DNA of 64,000 bases from Verrucomicrobiota bacterium. GTDB taxonomy: Bacteria; Verrucomicrobiota; Verrucomicrobiia; Opitutales; Coraliomargaritaceae. The DNA lies in NCBI GenBank assembly GCA_039815375.1, contig JBCBZJ010000002.1, positions 96,001 through 160,000 of the forward strand, in the 5' to 3' direction. Shown here piece by piece: positions 23,396 through 32,594 of the stretch. Both the position numbers and the translations under genes were made by a program. Numbering within the stretch: the stretch's first letter is position 1; each line of letters begins with the position of its first letter. The notes under the pieces are model-generated. The model ran no database searches and was not told where the DNA came from. It saw nothing but the letters and a program-made list of their open reading frames with translations.

Positions 23396-25969
23396 ATGTC
23401 TAGCGACAACAGTTTTTTTTCTTCAAACGAATCTGCGGAGATTATCGAGCGTCTTTTCCGTGCACCGGTCGAACGTCAGGTTTTGCCGAATGGGTTGACC
23501 CTTGTCCACCGCCCTGACTTTTCCAGTGAGGTAGTTTCCGTGCAGGTTTGGGTAAAGACGGGGAGCATTCATGAAGACCAGCTGATCGGTTCCGGTTTGT
23601 CTCACTATTTGGAGCATATGCTTTTCAAAGGAACGCAACGTCGTGATGGCAAATCCATCAGTCGTGAAGTGCATGCGCTTGGGGCATCGATTAATGCCTA
23701 CACGACATTTGATCGGACTGTTTACTATATCGATGGGCCCTCTTCGGCTTTTGAGCAGATTTGTGACGTGCTGGCAGACCTGGTTTTACATTCAACTTTA
23801 CCAGAGGAAGAAGTTGAGCGTGAGCGCAACGTGATCTTACGCGAGATCGACATGGGTCTTGACGATCCGGATCGCCAACTCATGCAGGCACTTTTCAGGA
23901 CTAGTTTCCAAAAGCATCCCTATCGCGAGCCTGTGATTGGGCATCGAGAACTATTTGAGAAAGTATCACCTGCCGAATTGAGAGCCTACTATAAGGCACG
24001 CTATGTGCCGAATAACATGGTCGTTTCCGTGGTCGGAGCAGTTCCAACCGGCATTTGCAACGAAGTTATCCAGTCTTCTTTCGGTCCGGTCTCACGTGGG
24101 CGTCTTGCACCCGTTCAAATCGAACATGAGCCCGTCCAACTTGCTGCCCGGCGTGAGGATATTGTTGGCGACTTCAATGTTTTTCGCGGCAGCATAGGTT
24201 ATAAAGTCCCACACCTGAGTCACCCGGATTCCCCAAAGCTCGACACGCTTGCACTCGCCTTGGGTGGCGGTGAGAGTTCATTATTATGGGATCGTTTGCG
24301 GAACAAGCTGAACCTGGTGCACTATGTGGATTGCCGGAACTGGAACTCCGGAGAAAACGGCCTCTTTTCGATTTCCTATGTTTGTGATCCGGAAAGGGGC
24401 AGTGAGGTAGAAGGGGCAATCGAGAATTTGATCGCAGAAGTCACGAAAGCCGGCTTTGAAAACGATGTTCTGGAAAAAGCCTGTCGCCAAGCGCTAACGG
24501 CTGAAATCAACGGTCGCAAGACCATGAGCGGCCAAGCCACGCGGCTTGGCGTCGGTGAGGTAATCATCGGCGACATCTACTACGGGCGTCGATACCTGAA
24601 AAAGCTTCAGTCGATTAAAAACGAAGATCTGCGATATACCGCAGACCGCAACCTTGTCCCGGAGAACAGTTCGACCGTTACATTGGGCCAGGAGGGTGCT
24701 GCATCGCTTACCGATGACAATCTACAGAAGCAGCTCGAGTTAACACCCTTTGAAACTATCGAGTTTGAGAGTGGGGCTAAATTGCTGCTTCAGCAGGATG
24801 AGCGTTTACCTAGAGTTCATCTTCGGGCGGTCTTTCTCGGAGGGTCTCTTTATGAGCGTGCAAATCAACGAGGTGCTTCTTCCTTGATGGCGGAGCTCCT
24901 AACTAAGGACACCGAGAAGCACAGTGCTGAAGAAATCTCCAAATGGATTGAAGGGATCGGTGGTAGTTTTTCTGCAAATGGTGGAAACAACACTGTCAGC
25001 CTAGCCCTGGAAGTGCTGCCGAGTGACCTTTCTTCAGCAATTGAGCTTTTGAGTGACGCCCTGACTTGTCCCAGTTTCAAGCAGGAAACTTTTGATATAG
25101 AACGTGAATCTCAGATCTCCGGCCTGAAGGAGGAGGATGATGAGATTCTGGACTATGGCTTTCGTTTGTTGCGCAGACGTTTTTTTGACGAGCATCCCTT
25201 GTCGGTTGGTGCCGACGGCCGAGTCGCCGATTTGGAGAAGCTGGACCGTCAGGATGTCCTCGAACATTTCAAAGAGCTTGTAACGACGCGTAACCTGGTG
25301 ATTGCCGTCTGTGGTGATTTTAAGCGTGAGGAGCTCATGAGTGATTTGGAACCTTTGCTTAATCATAAGCTTTCCACATCGGCCTTTGAAAAAGTAGAGA
25401 TGCCTTTTGAAGGTCCAGGGCAGGCACTTGACCTCATCGAGAAAGTGGAACGGGAGCAAGCTGTTGTGTTACAAGCTTACCCGGACGTAGGAATTCAGGA
25501 CGAAGATTTCGTCACTGCCGAGGTCTTGAATGAACTCTTCAGTGGAATGTCGAGTCGGCTCTTTGAGCGCGTTCGTGAAGACCAGGGTATGGCCTACTAT
25601 GTCGGCTCCACCAGGGTCATTGGCTTGAGGGGCGGAATGTTCGTTTTCTATGCCGGCACACACCCTACAAAAGTGGATTCGGTCTTAGAGGAAATTGATA
25701 TTGAGATTGCCCGGGTTGCGGCGGGTGAGGTGAGTGAGGAAGAGCTGACTCGTTGCCGCACAAGATTAAAATCAGCGCGCCCGATGGGGCGACAGACGAT
25801 TGGTGCTCGTGCGATGCATGCGGCATTGCAACTGTGCTATGACCTACCACTTGATGATGACGCTGAATATGCGATGAAGTTGGATTCGATAAATGCCGAA
25901 GTCTTGGCGAAATTTGCAAAGCAGTATTTTAGTGCCTCCAAACAAGTTCGTCTGGTGCTTCGGCCATGA
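23396..25969 (+). CDS. M16 (pitrilysin) family zinc peptidase
   Basis: GLSHYLEHMLFKGT (HXXEH), NAYTTFDRT; duplicated M16 architecture with an inactive second half. Confidence 0.93.
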   Translation: MSSDNSFFSSNESAEIIERLFRAPVERQVLPNGLTLVHRPDFSSEVVSVQVWVKTGSIHEDQLIGSGLSHYLEHMLFKGTQRRDGKSISREVHALGASINAYTTFDRTVYYIDGPSSAFEQICDVLADLVLHSTLPEEEVERERNVILREIDMGLDDPDRQLMQALFRTSFQKHPYREPVIGHRELFEKVSPAELRAYYKARYVPNNMVVSVVGAVPTGICNEVIQSSFGPVSRGRLAPVQIEHEPVQLAARREDIVGDFNVFRGSIGYKVPHLSHPDSPKLDTLALALGGGESSLLWDRLRNKLNLVHYVDCRNWNSGENGLFSISYVCDPERGSEVEGAIENLIAEVTKAGFENDVLEKACRQALTAEINGRKTMSGQATRLGVGEVIIGDIYYGRRYLKKLQSIKNEDLRYTADRNLVPENSSTVTLGQEGAASLTDDNLQKQLELTPFETIEFESGAKLLLQQDERLPRVHLRAVFLGGSLYERANQRGASSLMAELLTKDTEKHSAEEISKWIEGIGGSFSANGGNNTVSLALEVLPSDLSSAIELLSDALTCPSFKQETFDIERESQISGLKEEDDEILDYGFRLLRRRFFDEHPLSVGADGRVADLEKLDRQDVLEHFKELVTTRNLVIAVCGDFKREELMSDLEPLLNHKLSTSAFEKVEMPFEGPGQALDLIEKVEREQAVVLQAYPDVGIQDEDFVTAEVLNELFSGMSSRLFERVREDQGMAYYVGSTRVIGLRGGMFVFYAGTHPTKVDSVLEEIDIEIARVAAGEVSEEELTRCRTRLKSARPMGRQTIGARAMHAALQLCYDLPLDDDAEYAMKLDSINAEVLAKFAKQYFSASKQVRLVLRP

Positions 25970-26035
25970 ATCAAAATTCAGGTCAGAAAGAAAACGCGCA
26001 GGTTGAAAGACCACTCAATTCATCAAGAAAGCAAA

Positions 26036-26099
26036 GTATAACAAGTCGTATTGATCAACGCTGCTAACGCACCGTCCGCCAAGGATCGACGATCTATAA
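26036..26099 (+). mobile_element. Degenerate attC-like site 1
   Basis: Starts with an R''-like GTATAAC followed by AAGTCG; weak dyad symmetry; ends 5 bp before the VOC gene. Confidence 0.35.
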
Positions 26100-26103
26100 A
26101 AGA

Positions 26104-26481
26104 ATGAAAATCGAAAAAGCAGGCTTTATTGCCTTTCCCGCATCCGACTTTGCAGCGTCCATGGTCTTTTATCGGGATCATCTTGGCTTGCCCGTTCTAA
26201 AAGATGGATCGGACGATTTTTCCCGTTTTATACGTTTCGATTGTCCGGGTCTCCAAATCCACGTCTACGAATGGAAGAAAGAGTTTAATCGAGCCCATAC
26301 CGGATTGCAGCTCTACGTGAAAGACGTTGATTCGCTCTACGCTGAACTGAAAGGAAAAGGTGTTCAGTTCAATGGAGCAGTTAGAGATGAACCTTGGGGA
26401 GGCCGTGTTGTTACTGTTAAAGACCCCGACGGTAATCTGTTCGACTTACTGAACATTGATTTCGAAAGAAAGTTTGGATAG
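26104..26481 (+). CDS. VOC / glyoxalase family protein
   Basis: FYRDHLGL, LYVKDVDSLYAELKGKGV, EPWGGRVVTVKDPDGN. Confidence 0.9.
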   Translation: MKIEKAGFIAFPASDFAASMVFYRDHLGLPVLKDGSDDFSRFIRFDCPGLQIHVYEWKKEFNRAHTGLQLYVKDVDSLYAELKGKGVQFNGAVRDEPWGGRVVTVKDPDGNLFDLLNIDFERKFG

Positions 26482-26543
26482 GTTAAATCTCTGGAATCAA
26501 TTCCGTTATGCGCTCCGCTTCGTGATCCAGTTCATCGTTCGAG
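26482..26543 (+). mobile_element. Degenerate attC-like site 2
   Basis: CTGGAATCA/TGATCCAG inverted repeat with one extra base, a 6-nt spacer, then GTTCGAG directly before the next ATG. Confidence 0.5.
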
Positions 26544-26545
26544 GA

Positions 26546-27156
26546 ATGAAAACTATACCCACTGCGATCATGTAGTAGCAATACTAGTTGGAGTAACTGG
26601 ATGTGTCTCGCGAAAAGGCGTCTATGTTTCGATCCAGAGAATAGAATCTCTTGAAGAATTGATCGGGAGGTATCCTAAGGAAGGGACTCCAAAAGGCAAT
26701 CTAGTCCAAGGTCTGTTCTGGTTACAAAAAGAAATAACGGAAGGTCACCCAGACAGTATACAGTTCGTCGAAAAGAACGGAGAGGTTTACGTTCAGGCAC
26801 TCGATGATCGAAGAGTCGTAGGCGAGTATTTAGCTTCATCCAATCTTAAGATAGAAAATGGAAGAATCCATCTCTTCAGTTGGTCGAAACCACAAGGAAC
26901 AAAAGGAGGCTACGATAAAGGAAATAATCCAGGTGCAATGTCACCAATTCCCGTTCGACCAATGGCAGCACACACGACCCAAAACACATACTTAGCATTA
27001 ACGACAAAAGGAGACATCTGCCTTATCAAGAAGACTGGTTCATTAGGAGTAGTGACAGTCGTTCCGGTAGCGATGCACGAATCTGAATATTCATTGTTCA
27101 GAAAAACTGAAATACTCGAAACAGTCGTTGCAAACAACTCTAATTGTCTACGCTAA
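26546..27156 (+). pseudogene. Frameshifted putative lipoprotein gene (cassette-like)
   Basis: ATG 26546 (MKTIPTAIM*) is out of frame with VVAILVGVTG-CVSR, which runs into ORF 26659..27156. Confidence 0.55.
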
Positions 27157-27363
27157 TTTTAGTGATGTAAAATCTACTTTAACCAGTATGGTCTAGGTTA
27201 CCTCGGCTTTTTGTGCCTAAGAAGCCCTGTTTTAAGGGACAATAAACTAGCTATCTTAGGATGTTTTACGGCATATTAGGCAGATCTGATGGAATTGGTG
27301 TATTTTACAAGTAGCTTGTTTTTCTTATAACGCGGAGAATTTCAATTGATCCTGTCATGACAT

Positions 27364-27391
27364 AAAAAAAGCGCAGCTTAGGCTGCGCTTT
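27364..27391 (-). terminator. Intrinsic terminator of the AP2 gene
   Basis: AAAAAAA-GCGCAGC-TTAG-GCTGCGC-TTT. Confidence 0.85.
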
Positions 27392-27412
27392 GGTGTTGGA
27401 TAATTTCTTTTG

Positions 27413-27907
27413 CTAACCCTGAGCACGTTCGCGTGCACGTTGGCCGAGTTGGCGGTAGAAATTCGGGCCGTGGATTTCTCGCATCATCTTACGGCGATGA
27501 TCGACTGCCAGCTTGAAGGCCTTTTTCTCACCATATTTCTTGATGGAAAAAGAAGTGCACTTCTGAATTCCGGGCTCTGGGCGCCAACTTACAGAATAGC
27601 ATTCGTGCTTTGTTCCATTTGGGCCAACCTTGGTTGTGCGGGAGACGCCGAGTTCGCCCGTTGTGTTACGTGAGTCGGAAACGACTATTCGGCGTTGACG
27701 TGGGCGCTTTGGAATCGCTTCAAGTTCATTCGCGAGCTCATCACGGTATGCTTTAGCGAGTTTTTGTGCTTTGCCCTTACCGCCGCATTTACGGTCGCTG
27801 AAGAGCTTTGAGTAGGTTTTCCCATTGCGGTAGCCGCGGACAAACCAACCATGTGTAGAGCCGCTATCGATGCGGCTTATGCCTTTATTTACTTTTGATC
27901 GTGCCAT
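27413..27907 (-). CDS. Tandem AP2-domain DNA-binding protein
   Basis: Two AP2-like units: GISRID...GWFVR...SKLFSDRKCGG..KA..LA..YR and NTTGELGVSR...YSVSW...SFSIKKYGEKKAFKLAVDHR. Highly basic. Confidence 0.8.
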   Translation of the reverse strand: MARSKVNKGISRIDSGSTHGWFVRGYRNGKTYSKLFSDRKCGGKGKAQKLAKAYRDELANELEAIPKRPRQRRIVVSDSRNTTGELGVSRTTKVGPNGTKHECYSVSWRPEPGIQKCTSFSIKKYGEKKAFKLAVDHRRKMMREIHGPNFYRQLGQRARERAQG

Positions 27908-27938
27908 TGGTATTTTTTGTTCTAGGAGTCATTAATTA

Positions 27939-27954
27939 TGGTGCACGTGCACCA
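27939..27954. promoter_or_regulatory. Perfect 16-bp palindrome TGGTGCACGTGCACCA, putative operator
   Basis: Lies about 30 bp upstream of the AP2 gene start; a minus-strand TTGACA occupies 27997-28002. Confidence 0.55.
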
Positions 27955-28067
27955 GCGAATATTACGTTACTGTAACAAGAAAACTGTTCGCGACTATGTC
28001 AACTTACAAACCTTTTTTAACTAGGTTGAAAAAATCTCGGTTCAAAGACTAGGGATTCTGATTTTTT

Positions 28068-30404
28068 TTAAGGACTTACCTCAGATAGCCACAGGTGAAG
28101 TCCACTAGTTTTTTGGATGATTCTACTCGATTGGTATTCGGAGTTCAGATGTTTTGAGTATCCTGGTTCTTGGTATCGTTTGCAATGGAGTAGTACTTTT
28201 GCCTTTTGGCCAGGGGCTCGCACAATTCTCCCGAGCGCTTGATGAATCCGGCGCATGGCTGGAATAATGTAGACACGTTCGAATGCTTGTTCTCTGGACA
28301 ACTCTGGATGCGCATCCAATTTGGCTGTCTGGATGGGGCTGACTTCAGGAAGTGCCGGACCTACCATCATAATCGATGCAATACGTCCTCCGAGTTGATC
28401 GATCCCCTCCGCGAAGCTACTGCCAACGATGAGAAAAAGCACGTCGGCCATGATCAGAGATTCGTCAATAAAGGCAATCTGGGCGGGAAGGTCGATGCCT
28501 CGCTGTTGGGAGGCGATACGAATTGAAGGATCGATTGCAGAAAGGTAGGCAGCAATGTTCTCCGCGTATTGGTAAGATGGGAAAAATACCGCGACTGGAT
28601 TCCCCGGACTATGTGCGGCCATCGTTGAAATTGTTCTAGCGGTTTTCTCGTAGTATTTATTGCGATGGCGCAGACGTGTGTCGACGCGGTTGTCGATGGC
28701 AACGTCGTAGGCTGACAACCGCCAATCTGCCTGGCCGATCGCGAAACTTACCTCCTTTTGGGGTAGGCCCATACTAACCATAAAATCTTCGATTGGATCC
28801 AGTGTGGCCGACATCAGGATAGTTGACCCGTAGGCTCTCAGGCAATCTGCAGTCCATTCGCTGGCATCGAGGCAAGTTGCTGCAAAATTCCCGGCTTGTG
28901 GACACCAGTGGAGCCAATGGGAATTCAATTCGTTCAAACGCTGTGTGAGCTCGGGAATTTTCCAAACGGTCTCGAGTGCAAACTGTGCGGTGTTTTCGTA
29001 GTCGAAAATTCCTTCCTGAATCAACTGTTTACATTCTTCCGCCAGGTCGTGGAGATCATATATCTGGTCTGCATTCAGAACCTTGCCTGCAGGTAATAGG
29101 TCAATTGAGTTGGCGAGGGACTCGAGACTTGAAAGCAATCGTCTGCCTGCCCCTGCGGCGCGAAGCTCCTCAACAGCAAATACCAGATCGACTGCGCTAA
29201 AACTAATACTCAGAGCATCCGCGTTACGGGACGGAAGGTTGTGAGCTTCGTCGATGATGACCAAAGTCTTTTTTGCATCAAAGCCATGGACTTCTGTAAA
29301 GACGTGACGACTTGCAGGTGCGAAAAGATAGTTGCTGTCTCCGATCCAGATTTCTGCATGGGGCAGGCATGCCTTTGTCAGCGCGTATGGACATATCCCG
29401 GTTTGGCTACCGAGATCCTTTGCCTGCTGAATGGTGAAGGTTCCATTGGCAAAGAGTTCGGTGGCCTCAAAATCAGCTTCAAGCCAGCTTTGCTCCAAAT
29501 CACGATCACAACGACGGTCTCCGGTGCATTGATGCTTAGGGCTGTCGATTCGGTGCTCGTGACGATTTCGCATTTGAATGAAGCGTATGTTATCGCCGAT
29601 CATTCTGCGAAGCTGTCGTATGGTTTCGACTTGCCCCGTGGATTTACTGGTCAAGTAGAGGCATCGATCAAAAAAGCCTTCCTGCATCTTGCGCAGAGCA
29701 TGTTCGAGGACGATTCCCGTTTTACCAAATCCTGTCGGCGCCTGCATCAGGACCGTTTGATTTGCAAGAGTGGCCGTTTTCAGCTGTTCGATAACCTCAT
29801 TCTGGCCATCGCGGAGAGTTTCGAAAGCAGGTTCAATTTTAAGTTCGTTCAAACGAACCCTGCAGCTCCGCCGATCATTAAGGAAATGGGTCAGTCTTTC
29901 CAACTGATGATCCAACAGAGTTTCTTCTTCCTCACGGATCTGGATGGATTGAGCGGTTCCATCCTCAAGAGTGATGAAAAGAAGTTCTGCGGTCAGAACT
30001 TGTCCCGAGTATTTCGGTAGAAGTCTAGCGAGCTTTAGGTAGGCGGCTGCTTGAGCGAAATATTCGGGATAGGTTTTGGAAAGATCCTCAGGTGCCGCGG
30101 GTAGAGCGCTCTGTATGGTTTTTACTTCGCGAAGGATGGTTTTCCCAGCTTCGGGGATGACCTGGTCGATTCGACCCTTTATCTGAAAAGTCCAGTCGCG
30201 GTGTGTGAAAACGCCTTCGATGTATTCCTCGAAGCGTGCTTCCCGATTCGAAGATCGTGTTTGTTCCGAGGAGAATTGATGCCATTTCTGCCCCAGCGCA
30301 GCCCTCCATATTCCTCCGCCAGTTTGTTGTGACCTCTGATTGCGAAAAGTCGCCAGTTCACCGACGGCCAGTTTGACCGACCTTTCCAATGCATCGATTT
30401 GCAT
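28068..30404 (-). CDS. DinG/Rad3(XPD)-family helicase with N-terminal PD-(D/E)XK nuclease domain
   Basis: N-terminal GRID..REVKT..QAAAY; RDGQ Q-motif, APTGFGKT, IIDEAHNL, SATL, FFPSY, QALGRIVR. Confidence 0.88.
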   Translation of the reverse strand: MQIDALERSVKLAVGELATFRNQRSQQTGGGIWRAALGQKWHQFSSEQTRSSNREARFEEYIEGVFTHRDWTFQIKGRIDQVIPEAGKTILREVKTIQSALPAAPEDLSKTYPEYFAQAAAYLKLARLLPKYSGQVLTAELLFITLEDGTAQSIQIREEEETLLDHQLERLTHFLNDRRSCRVRLNELKIEPAFETLRDGQNEVIEQLKTATLANQTVLMQAPTGFGKTGIVLEHALRKMQEGFFDRCLYLTSKSTGQVETIRQLRRMIGDNIRFIQMRNRHEHRIDSPKHQCTGDRRCDRDLEQSWLEADFEATELFANGTFTIQQAKDLGSQTGICPYALTKACLPHAEIWIGDSNYLFAPASRHVFTEVHGFDAKKTLVIIDEAHNLPSRNADALSISFSAVDLVFAVEELRAAGAGRRLLSSLESLANSIDLLPAGKVLNADQIYDLHDLAEECKQLIQEGIFDYENTAQFALETVWKIPELTQRLNELNSHWLHWCPQAGNFAATCLDASEWTADCLRAYGSTILMSATLDPIEDFMVSMGLPQKEVSFAIGQADWRLSAYDVAIDNRVDTRLRHRNKYYEKTARTISTMAAHSPGNPVAVFFPSYQYAENIAAYLSAIDPSIRIASQQRGIDLPAQIAFIDESLIMADVLFLIVGSSFAEGIDQLGGRIASIMMVGPALPEVSPIQTAKLDAHPELSREQAFERVYIIPAMRRIHQALGRIVRAPGQKAKVLLHCKRYQEPGYSKHLNSEYQSSRIIQKTSGLHLWLSEVSP

Positions 30405-31291
30405 TAGTTTTCCGGCATCGGATTTTGTCTGAGTATCGGTGAGTTACCTGCCGGCATCAAAAACAGGGAGAGGTCGATTGGTTGGTTCGTCTCTATTTTT
30501 TCGAATACAACCTCACCGTAGGGTGAATTTTCTGCAATCAAGTCTATGCTGGTCGGTAGAAGAACTCCGCCTACACGTTTGAACTTTGAAGCGCGGTAGT
30601 CCACATACTCCTGGACGCCAGCGATCTCACTATAGCCGCCCCAGCGCAGGAGCAAAAACGTTTCTTGATCAAAATAGAACCAGGTGCGCTCATCTTCTTT
30701 ACCAAAACCTATGACAATATGGCATTTTCGGATCCCGACTCTGGCCTCACCCTGATATTCGAAAGTGAAATCACTGATTGAGGGCTGAACAAGAGGCTGA
30801 ACAAGCCACCGATGATTAGAGAAATGAATTCCTTCCAAGCTATCAGATTCCTCAGGGTCCAGAAGCTTGGGTTTAGTTTCTCTTTTCCATACTGTTTCGC
30901 CGTCGTAAGCTTGTATGTGCTCGTAACTGCGGCCACGGAACTGCCAGATTAGTCGAAGGTATCTTTTTCCGTCCTGCGATTCGACAAGCTCAAACTGTTT
31001 GTGTTGGCTGGCTTCCCTGAGGGTGCCCGAAGCGACCACGTTTCTGAGATTTTGATAAGCTTCAGTCCCGCCTGTGACCGTCAGGAAGTTATCCACCAAC
31101 TGTTGGCTCGCCGCATCGGATGCTACTGGTCGCAAGACTTTTTTTTGAGCGTTGATGTCTGGAACACTTTCAACTACTTTTTCCTGTCCGGATACAGAGA
31201 AAGCCAGAACAAGCCCGGTTAAAAAGATGAATCCAGTGCTCGCTCTAATCTTCCACAGACCGGTAGGTAGATCAAAATTTAGAGTTTTCAT
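30404..31291 (-). CDS. Hypothetical exported protein, possibly LolA-like fold
   Basis: Hydrophobic N-terminus; TGG..AY..L motif, YDGETVW, FYFDQETFLLLR, GVLLP, ETNQPIDLSLF. Confidence 0.55.
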   Translation of the reverse strand: MKTLNFDLPTGLWKIRASTGFIFLTGLVLAFSVSGQEKVVESVPDINAQKKVLRPVASDAASQQLVDNFLTVTGGTEAYQNLRNVVASGTLREASQHKQFELVESQDGKRYLRLIWQFRGRSYEHIQAYDGETVWKRETKPKLLDPEESDSLEGIHFSNHRWLVQPLVQPSISDFTFEYQGEARVGIRKCHIVIGFGKEDERTWFYFDQETFLLLRWGGYSEIAGVQEYVDYRASKFKRVGGVLLPTSIDLIAENSPYGEVVFEKIETNQPIDLSLFLMPAGNSPILRQNPMPEN

Positions 31292-31347
31292 AAGTTGGGG
31301 GTGGACTATGTTCCGCCAACTCTTGAACCTCAACTCGATTTAATAAC

Positions 31348-32283
31348 ATGCATATTCTTATTACAGGTGGAGCAGGCTTTCTTGGTAGTCATTTATGTGA
31401 CCGTCTTCTTGCAGAGGGCCATGAAATTATTTGTCTTGATAATTTTTTTACCGGTCGAAAGCAGAACATTCTGCACTTACTGGAAAACCCGAATTTCGAG
31501 CTCGTCCGCCACGACGTGATTGATCCGTTCAAAGCGGAAGTGGATCAAATTTATAACCTCGCTTGTCCCGCATCGCCAATTCACTACCAATACAACGCAA
31601 TCAAGACGATCAAGACCTCGGTCATGGGGGCGATTAATTGCCTTGGGCTGGCCAAACGGACGAGGGCCCGAATCTTTCAGGCCTCAACTTCCGAAGTCTA
31701 CGGTGATCCTGACGTGCACCCGCAACCGGAAGAATACTGGGGCAATGTGAACCCGATTGGCATTCGCTCTTGCTACGACGAGGGTAAGCGATGCGCGGAA
31801 ACCCTCTTCATGGATTATCACCGCCAGAACAAGGTCGATGTTCGTATTGTTCGTATCTTCAATACTTATGGTCCACGTATGTGCCCGGATGACGGACGTG
31901 TCGTTTCTAATTTTATCGTTCAGGCACTTCAAGGTAAGGATATCACCGTCTATGGTGAGGGGCAGCAAACGCGTTCATTTTGCTACGTTGACGATCTGAT
32001 CGAGGGATTTGTCCGGCTGATGAATCAGGACGAATTGACCGGTCCGATGAATATTGGAAACCCGGGTGAATTTACGATCCTTGAGCTGGCTGAGAAGGTG
32101 ATTGCTCAGACTGGCAGTGGGTCAAAGATCGTTTACCAGCCGCTTCCCGCAGATGATCCGAAGCAGCGAAAGCCTGATATTACTGAGGCGCAGAAGGTCC
32201 TTGGATGGGAGCCGACTGTTTCGCTGGACGAAGGGCTAAAGCCGACAATCGCATATTTTGACAAGCTCCTGAGCGAAGGCTAA
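31348..32283 (+). CDS. UDP-glucuronic acid decarboxylase (UDP-xylose synthase family)
   Basis: [50 protein letters not shown]. Confidence 0.95.
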   Translation: MHILITGGAGFLGSHLCDRLLAEGHEIICLDNFFTGRKQNILHLLENPNFELVRHDVIDPFKAEVDQIYNLACPASPIHYQYNAIKTIKTSVMGAINCLGLAKRTRARIFQASTSEVYGDPDVHPQPEEYWGNVNPIGIRSCYDEGKRCAETLFMDYHRQNKVDVRIVRIFNTYGPRMCPDDGRVVSNFIVQALQGKDITVYGEGQQTRSFCYVDDLIEGFVRLMNQDELTGPMNIGNPGEFTILELAEKVIAQTGSGSKIVYQPLPADDPKQRKPDITEAQKVLGWEPTVSLDEGLKPTIAYFDKLLSEG

Positions 32284-32374
32284 GGTGGTCGGAAAATCTG
32301 GCTAAAAAGGCTTGCACCGTTCGCGGGAGCACCTACTTTCCGCCTCTTTTCCAAATTCCTATCAAGTTCCCGCC

Positions 32375-32545
32375 ATGCCCAGAGAACACATCATTTTAGA
32401 ATGCACAGAAGCCCGCGCTGAGGGTAAGCCTGTATCCCGCTACATGTCCACGCGCGACAAAAAGAAGCAACCGGACCGCGTCGAGAAGAAGAAGTATAAT
32501 AAGCATCTTCGCCGCCACACACTGCACCGCGAGATTAAGAGCTAA
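32375..32545 (+). CDS. rpmG: 50S ribosomal protein L33
   Basis: [12 protein letters not shown]...[21 protein letters not shown]. Confidence 0.95.
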   Translation: MPREHIILECTEARAEGKPVSRYMSTRDKKKQPDRVEKKKYNKHLRRHTLHREIKS

Positions 32546-32566
32546 GTCTTCACGCATTGACTTCAC

Positions 32567-32592
32567 AGCCCGTTATCGAACGGGCTTTTTTG
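32567..32592 (+). terminator. Intrinsic terminator after rpmG
   Basis: AGCCCGTT-ATCG-AACGGGCT-TTTTT. Confidence 0.85.
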
Positions 32593-32594
32593 TG

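Noticed and set aside
27157..27360. Possible ncRNA, tRNA or fourth attC in the AT-rich spacer
   Set aside because: Only TTTAAC-CAGT resembles an attC start; no matching right half or cloverleaf was found.
28068..30404. Type IV CRISPR CasDinG/Cas4
   Set aside because: No cas genes or array nearby, and the Cas4 cysteines are absent.
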